Position numbers and translations under genes: made by a program. A DNA stretch of 7,370 nucleotides from Octopus sinensis (lineage: Eukaryota): assembly GCF_006345805.1 (NCBI RefSeq), contig NW_021828819.1:1-7370 (forward strand). The letters run 5' to 3'. Below, piece after piece: positions 1 to 7,337 of the stretch; the stretch's first letter is position 1, and each line of letters begins with the position of its first letter. The notes below the pieces were generated by a model. That model did not search any database. It worked only from the letters and a program-made list of their open reading frames with translations, and was not told the origin of the DNA.

Positions 1-117
1 GACATACATAATTCATATGTGTAATTATATGTTTTGCATTTCAAAACAAAATTGTATATGAATTATGTATATATGCAATCAATATATTAAATATCTGATG
101 CGTAATGTGTGCGTAGA

Positions 118-133
118 CATACATTACATACAT

Positions 134-186
<53 letters not shown>

Positions 187-389
187 TCATACATACATAC
201 ATACTTACATACATACAACATATATAGATACATACATAAAAATATCATATATACATATATATGTATATATATATATTATATAGGTATGTATGTATGTATG
301 TATGTATGTATGTATGTATGTATATATATATACATATATGTATGTATGTATGTATGTATGTATATATGTATGTATGTATGTATATATAC

Positions 390-421
<32 letters not shown>

Positions 422-460
422 TATAGATGGATGTATCTATATTCATACATATATGTGTAT
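118..460. repeat. Compound microsatellite: (CATA)n/(CA)n, then a TA-rich linker, then (TATG)n
   Basis: Seen directly: CATA runs 118-238 containing (CA)n at ~151-182, and TATG runs from ~284 to 420. Confidence 0.97.
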
Positions 461-489
461 ATTATTTTAGGGAGACTGGTTCACGAAGT

Positions 490-672
490 AAATAAAGCTA
501 TAAAGGGCAATGTTTAAATATTAGGGTTAGAACCGTAATGTATAGGAGTCGAAGGCTGCCCCTAGGACTCGAACACAATCCAGCTGTAGGTATAACAGCT
601 TTTCTACAATTATATCAAAGCAACCCAATTTCGATGTCCGTTTTTGTCGTCATAAGGGTTTAGAATCTTCAG
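490..672 (-). pseudogene. Possible highly decayed CR1/L2-type LINE reverse-transcriptase C-terminal fragment
   Basis: The minus strand, read across frameshifts, gives LKILNP..(D)KTDIEIG (672-624) and then, ~26 codons after the KT, VRVLGAAFDS (574-545). This resembles the recalled L.LNP.KT...IG ... V..LGV.FD..L pattern of CR1/L2 RTs. The match is weak and by eye only. Confidence 0.3.
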
Positions 673-708
673 GACGTAAGATAATTATTATTGCATACCG
701 AAGAGAAA

Positions 709-1149
709 ATTTACATATGCAGTAAATGCAACTCGAGTGTATAATGAATATTATTAACCACATATACCTTATGTGTATGCTTCGTGTGTTTTCCGGTGGC
801 TGTAATAGCATGGTGGAGTATACACTCTTATCAACAGGCGAGGTAATTCACCTTCAATCCCATTTAGGAATGATGGACACCGATGCTTCGCCTTCGACCC
901 TGGCGGGTACGTGATGATGAATAGCCTCATAAATGGTGAAACATCGATGTCCATCACTCCCAAATGGCACTGAAGTTGAGTCACCTCGCCTGTTCATGAC
1001 TTTGAAGTGTTTTTCAACACCTGACGCTTTGAGATTGTATGTACTCCACCACGTTATTGCAGCCACCGAAAAAACACGCAGCATGTAGCTTACGTATATG
1101 TTTTAATAAAATTTTTTATACTAGAGGTGCTTTAATCTCATATGTAAAT
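709..1149. mobile_element. Decayed foldback / MITE-like element with long imperfect inverted arms
   Basis: 709-892 is the reverse complement of 935-1149 at roughly 75-80% identity by eye, with a 42-bp spacer and ~30 extra bp in the right arm. The outermost ATTTACATATG / CATATGTAAAT match exactly. The ends can be read as TA|CATATG...CATATG|TA. Confidence 0.8.
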
Positions 1150-1164
1150 ATATATATATATAAT

Positions 1165-1220
<56 letters not shown>
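1148..1220. repeat. (TA)n microsatellite between two foldback elements
   Basis: Perfect (AT)23 at 1173-1218, with an interrupted TA run from 1148. Confidence 0.98.
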
Positions 1221-1224
<4 letters not shown>

Positions 1225-1604
1225 GGGATCAACAAAAGTTGCTTCACCACATACCGAATTTAGAATAGCAGTCAAAACTACTAATTCTTCTACTACAACA
1301 TATCTCCACAGACAGTAATACTCGTAACTCACATAGGCAAAAAGAAGAAAAAATAACGAAACTAACCTGCCCTTCGTTAATTATGTACGCGTTTGGGGAT
1401 TAGAATTTTATAAAATTCATTTTCTTCTGAAGAAGGATATAATATTCAAGATTATAAATTTGAAAATGGTAACAAAACTGATGTACGCTCGATCAAGCGA
1501 CATCGAACATAAAATAAAAGAAACAGCATTTCAGTAGATGAATTAGTAGTTTTGACTGCTATTTCTAAATTTCGGTATGTGGTGAAACAACTTTTGGTGA
1601 TCCC
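1225..1604. mobile_element. Non-autonomous DNA transposon (MITE) with ~70-bp TIRs and TTAA flanks; Kolobok-like termini
   Basis: 1217-1294 vs the reverse complement of 1533-1612 shows 3 substitutions and two 1-bp indels. The structure is TTAA(1221-1224)|GGGATC...GATCCC|TTAA(1605-1608). A TTAA TSD with RR...YY ends is the Kolobok convention, whereas piggyBac ends are CC...GG. No coding capacity. Confidence 0.8.
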
Positions 1605-1738
1605 TTAATTATGTTTATAATTATTAAAAAAAAACTTCTTATATAAGTTTTTACCGATAATGAGTTTTTTTCCATACCGAGCTACTTGGTAAAATTTATT
1701 AATTATTAAATTAATAATTATTTACCCTATATCTATAA

Positions 1739-1741
1739 TGA

Positions 1742-1770
<29 letters not shown>
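1739..1770. repeat. (TA)n microsatellite
   Basis: Direct observation. Confidence 0.95.
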
Positions 1771-1774
<4 letters not shown>

Positions 1775-1844
1775 ACCTGGAACAAAATGTCACAAGCTTG
1801 CAAACTGAGCAACCCTTCAGATTTGTTACAGTGAATTATAAGTT

Positions 1845-2135
1845 TGTCTGTATCTGTGTGTTTGTGTATATTTATATTTATGTATGTATATATATATATA
1901 TATATTATATAATATATATATTATATATATATCTATAATATATATATATATTATATACATATATATATAATATATATATGTTGCATACATACATATGTGT
2001 GTGTGTGCGTGTATGTATGTATACACACATATGTGAATGTATATGTATGTATATAAATATATAGAGAGTGAGTGAGTGGGTGAGTGAGTGAGTGAGTGAG
2101 TGAGTGAGTGAGTGAGTGTGAGTGTGTGTGCGCGT
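1845..2135. repeat. Compound microsatellite: TA / TATG / GT followed by (GAGT)n
   Basis: TA- and TATG-rich from ~1845 to 2065, (GAGT)n at ~2066-2123, then GT/CG dinucleotides. Confidence 0.95.
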
Positions 2136-2154
2136 ATGTTTAGGTGTGCATGTA

Positions 2155-2716
2155 ATTGCAGCACCCATGTTTCTACTCATTGTATGCCTGTAACATCTGT
2201 CTTACAACCGAACCGATGTTTCGTTTAGGGTTCTTGTGATGCGGTTCGATGCGGAGCTTCAAGGGGGAAAGCGACTGGAGCGAGTTTACGAGCAGAGTGA
2301 CTAGTTTCGCATGATAATGTGCATAAAATAAGATACCGCTTAAGACGTCGAGAAGATCGTCAAAAGCGCGTATCGCTCCCGTAATATAACGCCAGTTAAC
2401 TGTTTTGCATTCCTCAGGCTATATGTGACCAGACTAAAAACCAATAACTCTTTCTCTTCCCGTGAAAATATGCGGTTCCATTGGTCAGAAGATTCATCTA
2501 TCTTCAACGCCCACTACTTAGAGGAATCAGAATGGCATAGGGAATGTTGCACACGCAAGAGTGAAGACTGTAACTAGTGGCGGTCTGCACTTGGTCAGGT
2601 CCCGTGCATGCTAGCCTTCTGTAACCTCCCTAACCTCCATTAAATAGATTGGTGGAACTACGGCCATCCGTGACTAGACTTCGGATTAAAACTGGAGCGG
2701 TTTCCCGTTGCCTTCC
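2155..2716 (-). mobile_element. Decayed RTE-clade LINE 5' end: 5'-UTR motif plus frameshifted AP-endonuclease coding remnant
   Basis: The minus strand has GGAAGGCAACGGGAAACCGCTCCAGT (2716-2691), resembling the RTE 5'-UTR motif known from BovB/Bov-A. Colinear peptide scraps follow: LAC-NI--M (2559-2536), SGR (2515-2507), PEE (2418-2410), RRL/SGILF (from 2350), KL/HSAR..FPL (from 2307), QEP*TKHRF (2236-2210) and a GDFN-like remnant (2166-2155). Order and spacing fit the recalled RTE endonuclease LACWNIRTM..SGRPERR..EEG..RRLSGVGF..SKL..GHSDR..LPL..KDKF..GDFN. Confidence 0.72.
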
Positions 2717-2721
2717 ACATG

Positions 2722-2790
2722 CATGTGGGATTTGAACTCAGAATGTAGAGATCCAACGCACAAAAGATTCTGGCACTCTCCCACCCATAG
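2722..2790 (-). mobile_element. Internally deleted head fragment of the SINE family also present at 6256-6452
   Basis: 2730-2747 is the exact reverse complement of 6301-6318 (TACATTCTGAGTTCAAAT, covering most of the B-box). The upstream TGCCAGAATC (minus strand) looks like the A-box region of that family as I recall it. Confidence 0.6.
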
Positions 2791-2907
2791 GGTAATGCGA
2801 AATGAAGTGTTTTACTCAAAGACACAACACAACGCTTGCTCCGGGAATCGAAGCCACGATCTAGCGATCGTGAATGCAACACCCGAACAAATAGGCGCCG
2901 CGCCTTC
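2791..2907 (-). mobile_element. tRNA-derived SINE head
   Basis: The minus strand reads GAAGGCGCG..., a degenerate A-box, a perfect 7-bp hairpin CACGATC-N4-GATCGTG (2855-2872), B-box-like GGCTTCGATTCCC (2855-2843), then GTGTCTTTGAGTAAAACACTT. That last segment is similar to the GTGTCCTTGAGCAAGACACTT that follows the tRNA part in many SINEs. Confidence 0.75.
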
Positions 2908-3095
2908 ATTAAGTCCGCAACATCCGAAGAGATTTCTGAACGGGTTAGGGAACAGATATGGTCATATGATCGTCCTTTGTCAGGCATGTCTTTCTGGGTG
3001 TGAGATGTCTTTACAGTCATTTTGGCACCACCTGTTTCGCGATGTTGATTATATGCTGTCTTAGTTGACATTACTTGTTTTAATGTTTCTATTGT

Positions 3096-3380
3096 TCTCT
3101 ATCACTCTTTTTTCTCTTTTTCCCCTACTCTCTTCCTCTCTTTCCCTCTCTCTGTCTCCCTGTCTCTATCTCTTTACATCTCTCTTTATTTCTCTCTCTC
3201 TCTCTTTCTGTTTATGTGTATGAGCATATTTCACTCTATGTGTCTGAGGAGAAGGAATTTGTTGATTTCAGTCGATTGTAATCTCACTCTCTTCCCCACT
3301 GTCTCTCTCCACTCTCCCTCCCCAATCTCTCTCTCCACTCTCCCTCCCCTCTTTCTATCTATCTCACTCTTTCTTTCTTC
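3096..3380. repeat. Polypyrimidine (CT-rich) low-complexity tract
   Basis: CT/CTT/CCCT runs at ~3096-3212 and ~3280-3380. Confidence 0.9.
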
Positions 3381-3416
3381 ATGTCTATATTTCTGTGCGT
3401 GCTCGTGTGTGTGTCG

Positions 3417-3480
3417 TGGTGGTAGTCATGGTGTTGGTGCTGGTGATGGTATTGATGGTAGTGTATGTGATTTGATGGAC
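3417..3480. repeat. Degenerate (GGT/GAT)n trinucleotide run
   Basis: ggtggtagtcatggtgttggtgctggtgatggtattgatggt is visible directly. Confidence 0.75.
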
Positions 3481-3543
3481 GTGGCCATTACAAAGATTTA
3501 TTACCATGCGAAGGGATTTTACATCGAGTTCGAAAATACCTAA

Positions 3544-3678
3544 TGTGTATGTATGTATATGTATGTATGCATGTATGTATGTATGCATTCATGTATGCGT
3601 GTATGTATATATGAATGCATGTATGTATATATGAATGTGTATGTATATATGTATGTGTATGTATTATGAATGTATGTG
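3544..3678. repeat. Degenerate (TATG)n microsatellite
   Basis: Direct observation. Confidence 0.93.
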
Positions 3679-3718
3679 CTCTCACTAAATGGACATATGC
3701 ACATATACGGAAATTGAA

Positions 3719-3778
3719 AGACAGACAGACAGACAGGCACAGACAGGCACAGACACACAGACAGTCAGACAGACAGAC

Positions 3779-3848
<70 letters not shown>

Positions 3849-4030
3849 TTGGATGGATTGGTGGATGGATGGACGGACGGACGGACGGACGGACGAACAG
3901 GCAGAGAGACAGCCAGACAAATAGACTGATGGACAGACAGATAGATAGATAGACAGACGGACAGACATACATACATACAGACAGACATACAGACAGACAG
4001 ACCGACAGACAGATAGATATATAGAGAGAC

Positions 4031-4127
<97 letters not shown>
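3719..4127. repeat. Compound tetranucleotide array GACA/GATA/GGAT/GGAC
   Basis: Perfect (GATA)17 at 3780-3847 and (GATA)24 at 4032-4127, with GACA, GGAT and GGAC blocks before and between. Confidence 0.98.
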
Positions 4128-4129
<2 letters not shown>

Positions 4130-4383
4130 TGACCAAGAATAGAGACAGCAAGACAGATTGATAGAGAGAACAAAATGATGATAGTGACACTTCTGGAAAA
4201 TTCCAGCTTTGACCATTAATCTCCAAAGTTGGATCGTATCAAAACAAGCATGAAAAACGAGGATTACAGTGGCGTTATAAAAATATAATGCTGATAATTT
4301 ATATTCATTTGAATGCAATACCGTCTCGCTTCCAATACAAAACCGTTCTGTTTACGTCCTTAAGGTTTTGTTAGTTGTAGTGG

Positions 4384-4536
4384 CAGATGCGACCAAGTTG
4401 CATCTGAGACAGCGACACGTGATATTAGTAAATTGGACAATCTTTAAGCTCGGGGAAAAAGCATTTGTGACGTGGAGAGAAATAGAGTTTCTTATCAAAA
4501 TGGCCGAAGTTGTATTTACTATTAGCGGCCATTTTG
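4384..4536. other. Unique segment with two stem-loops and clustered transcription-factor-like motifs
   Basis: Hairpin CAGATGCGA-CCAAG-TTGCATCTG (4384-4406, one G-T pair). Perfect 11-bp inverted repeat CAAAATGGCCG / CGGCCATTTTG (4496-4506, 4526-4536). CACGTG at 4416-4421 and TGACGT at 4468-4473. Function is not established. Confidence 0.4.
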
Positions 4537-4605
4537 TTATTTTGATTATGAATAATTAAATAGGCCTTACGATGTAATCTCCTTTCGCCGTATAAGCCGG
4601 CTCTC

Positions 4606-4883
4606 TGTGTGTATATGTCTTCATGTATGTATGTTTGTATGTGTGTACGTGTATCCCCCTGTGAATTAGTTTGTATGTTTCTCGACGTGACATCCCTATC
4701 CGTGTATATATGTGTTTATGTGCGTATGCACACACAAATACATACATATATATACATAAATACATATATGTGTATATGCAAATACATACATATATGTGTA
4801 TATACAAATACATACATGTACATTGGCGTATATATATATATATATATATAACATACGTGTATACACACTCACACAGACATATG

Positions 4884-4946
<63 letters not shown>
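4606..4946. repeat. Compound TATG / CATA / (TA)n microsatellite with a short higher-order repeat
   Basis: (AT)28 at 4891-4946. A ~22-26-bp unit (caaatacatacatatatgtgtatat) recurs around 4755-4817. Confidence 0.93.
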
Positions 4947-4948
<2 letters not shown>

Positions 4949-5052
4949 TTAATGAAATTAAAGGGCTTCATGTTTCACATCGCTATATGAGACTTCATTA
5001 TCGGAAGGTAAAATATAGCTTTTTATGCAGTTTCAGATAATTTCTTTTATTA

Positions 5053-5053
5053 G

Positions 5054-5087
<34 letters not shown>

Positions 5088-5225
5088 TTTCATACATACC
5101 TACATACATACATCATACATACATACATACATACATACATACATACATACTACATCCTACATAACTACATACATACATACATACATACATACATACATAC
5201 ATACTCATTCATCTGTACCCTTACA
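5053..5225. repeat. (TA)n followed by (CATA)n microsatellite
   Basis: Direct observation. Confidence 0.95.
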
Positions 5226-5415
5226 TGTATTCATTAAAAAAATAAAGTCTTTCTACAAAACCACATAATTCAATCAAAAATATATACACCTTGAACAGAA
5301 GAATTTTTTTTAAACAGAATTATTCGTAATTCAATAGTGACTACGCTTTCTTTATGCAACAAATAAAGAATACGATATAGTATAAAATAAAAAAGGTACT
5401 GATGGTTTTGTTATA

Positions 5416-5563
5416 GGCGCAGTATGGTTGAATGGCTAAGAAGTTTGCTTCGCAACCTCGAGGTTCCAGGTTCAATGCCATCGTGTTTTATCGTGGAAAT
5501 ACATCTTTTTTCTATCACCTCAAATCGACCAATCTCCATAAGCGGAACTGTGTAGACCAAACC
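5416..5563 (+). mobile_element. Diverged tRNA-derived SINE (5' part)
   Basis: Starts GGCGCAG, with A-box-like TGGTTGAATGG (5425-5435) and B-box-like GGTTCAATGCC (5469-5479). The downstream ..CGACCAA..GTAGACCAAAC matches my recollection of an abundant octopus SINE body. Confidence 0.7.
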
Positions 5564-5589
5564 TTTATAAGAATTGTATCTGTAATTCA

Positions 5590-6250
5590 TCGGTACAACC
5601 TTATCACACACTGATTCACGTTGATTCTGCATAAGAATGATCGAGACTGTTCCATTTTCCTTAAGTAAATATGGACACAATTTTCACCAAACTGCAATAA
5701 CGCATATATATTTAATACCTTTCCAGGTTTCTCTTAATAGCATTTTTTATTTCTTGTGTAACGTAATTTTACCAGAATTGTTTGACGGGCTTGTGTATAT
5801 ATCATTAGTCCCTCTAATCAACCGCCTTAATGTTGATTCTAAGATAATATGCTTGAAAATGGAAACAAATTCTTGACCCTCGAACCGTAATCGTAAAGTC
5901 ATGCTTGGTGGAATGAAAAGAACCTCAACAAATACTCATGGGAAATAGAGAGTTGGAAATGTCAAGGTGCGTTGACCGAAAACAGGACAGCCTCAAGCTG
6001 CAAATAATTCTCCTTGCAATAACATTTAACAGCAAGGAAAGAATGTTCCAGCATACCATTCAGTAAAGAAAGTCTGTGTTACCCAAGCTTTCATGTTTTA
6101 GATTGTCACGTAAGGTACGGATTAGATTTGTAGAGGCTATTCGTTTACTTTAATGCTTCAAATGATGAACAAACAACGGTTTAGGTTTCAAATCTTCGGT
6201 AACAATTGCTCCTAACAACAAAGCGAAACAATATTCTACTGCTTTATATT
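5590..6250 (-). pseudogene. Frameshifted pogo/Tigger-type DDE transposase fossil (DDE_1-like)
   Basis: Minus-strand pieces in order: YKAVEYCFALLLGAIVTEDLKPKPLFVHH (6248-6162), KAWVTQTFFTEWYAGTFFP (6091-6035), AVKCYCKENYLQLEAVLFSVNAP*H (6033-5959), VEVLFIPPSMTLRLRFEGQEFVSIFKHIILESTLRRLIRGTND (5929-5801), KQFW*NY, ETWKGIK and VW*KLCP (5692-5672). These follow the Tigger motifs LLLGAN..GD.KLKPL, KAW.T...F..W, LDNAPGH, V.FLPPNTTS..QPMDQG, FWK.Y and W.KL.P. No TIRs found. Confidence 0.85.
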
Positions 6251-6255
6251 CTGTT

Positions 6256-6452
6256 GTTAGCGAGTTGGACAAACTATCAGCGATATTTCATCCGGCTTCT
6301 TACATTCTGAGTTCAAATTCCGCGGAAATAAACTTTGCCTTTCGTCCTTTCGGGTTCGATGAAATGAACAACACTCGAATTCTGTAGTTGATACAATCGA
6401 CAAGCCCTCTCCATATCTAATTCCCGGCGTTGAGTCTAAAATAGAAACGATG
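6256..6452 (+). mobile_element. Diverged tRNA-derived SINE lacking a clear A-box
   Basis: B-box-like GAGTTCAAATTCC (6309-6321), followed by ACTTTGCCTTTCGTCCTTTCGGGTTCGAT and ATACAATCGAC..CCCTC, matching a recalled octopus SINE body. It shares an exact 18-mer with 2730-2747 and abuts the 5' side of the transposase fossil. Confidence 0.72.
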
Positions 6453-6507
6453 TGTAAGAACGTGTGTATATCCTAACATGCTTGATAAATAATATTAACA
6501 TCTCAAA

Positions 6508-6578
6508 CATACATAAATACATATAAACACATATGTATATATATATATATATATATAATATATAATATATATATATAT
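6508..6578. repeat. CATA/TA-rich microsatellite
   Basis: Direct observation; it runs into the left arm of the large inverted repeat. Confidence 0.92.
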
Positions 6579-7337
6579 TTAGTAAAGGGAAGAAATGGAG
6601 CTGAACGAAGATTCTACAGAATTCCTTTTATTATTTTCTACACATGTTTCAAAGGCCGCAAATTTCCAAATTCGGATTGAATAAGGAGACCATTTTGCAG
6701 CTTTCTCTTCAGGAAAATCCAGGAATTTAAATCTCCAAAACAAATGCGCAGCAAGGTATTCGAACAAAACGCTCCTTAGGAGCCCATGAAATGGCACAAA
6801 ACTGTCTCTCAATGTGCGTTGACGTCAGGGGGTAGGTGGTGGAGGCCGACGAAAAAGTCCGTTGGAATAAATCACAGGCGCGCACACACATACATGTAGG
6901 TAGGTTCTCACGCCTAAATAAGATAGCCTTAATTCTTAAGGCAATCCGAACATTAACATTAGTTATACAGAATATATTCACACCCTTTGGTTTTCAGTAT
7001 TTCTTCCACTACCAGGTTTGACCGCAGTTTGACTTTGATTTATTCCAACGGACTTTTTCGTCGGCCTCCACCACCACCACCCCTGACGTCAACGCACATT
7101 GAGAGACAGTTTTGTGCCATTTCATGGGCTCCTAAGGAGCGTTTTGTTCGAATACCTTGCTGCGCATTTGTTTTGGAGATTTAAATTCCTGGATTTTCCT
7201 GAAGAGAAAGCTGCAAAATATTCTCCTTATTCAATCCGAATTTGGAAATTTGCGGCCTTTGAAACATGTGTAGAAAATAATAAAAGGAATTCTGTAGAAT
7301 CTTCGTTCAGCTCCTTTCTTCCCTTCACTAAATATAT
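6573..7337. mobile_element. Large foldback element: 302-bp inverted arms around a 161-bp spacer
   Basis: 6573-6874 is the reverse complement of 7036-7337 with about 5 substitutions and two 1-bp indels (differences at 6584, ~6596, 6690-6691 and ~6828-6835). The flanks are (AT)-rich, so the TSD (TA or AT) is ambiguous. No credible transposase ORF. Confidence 0.9.

Noticed and set aside
65-517. ORFs of 69-105 aa rich in Y/I/H/T/M/V/C
   Set aside because: Translations of CATA/TATG/CA microsatellites; simple repeats lack stops in several frames.
521-530. TTAGGGTTAG telomere-like motif (single TTAGGG also near 2225 and 2946)
   Set aside because: Fewer than two full units; expected by chance.
545-600. 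Minus-strand GTTCGAGTCC B-box-like motif with an adjacent 6-bp hairpin, considered as a tRNA
   Set aside because: No A-box at a suitable distance and no cloverleaf. None of the SINE heads folds as a full tRNA either.
726-1084. Similar ORFs on opposite strands (MLRVFS..., LQ.HLG.MD.D.SP)
   Set aside because: A by-product of the 709-1149 inverted repeat, not a gene pair.
1630-1726. AT-rich hairpins (1630-1652, 1688-1726)
   Set aside because: Almost all A/T in a very AT-rich stretch; not distinguishable from chance.
2176-2418. 81-codon stop-free minus-strand frame (PEECKT...QAYNE) considered as a host exon
   Set aside because: No convincing splice acceptor. Parts of it are better explained as the decayed RTE endonuclease, whose homology switches frames within it.
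2449-2652. Three CCAAT/ATTGG boxes and raised CpG content suggesting a promoter
   Set aside because: They lie inside the inferred RTE remnant, and 5-mers at this density are unremarkable.
2658-3071. 137-aa minus and 118-aa plus ORFs
   Set aside because: They run across SINE heads and the RTE 5'-UTR motif, and the peptides are unrecognisable.
3488-4318. Longest ORF (276 aa, minus) and overlapping 153-162 aa ORFs
   Set aside because: Made of (SIYL)n and (SVCL)n from GATA/GACA arrays; no domain-like sequence.
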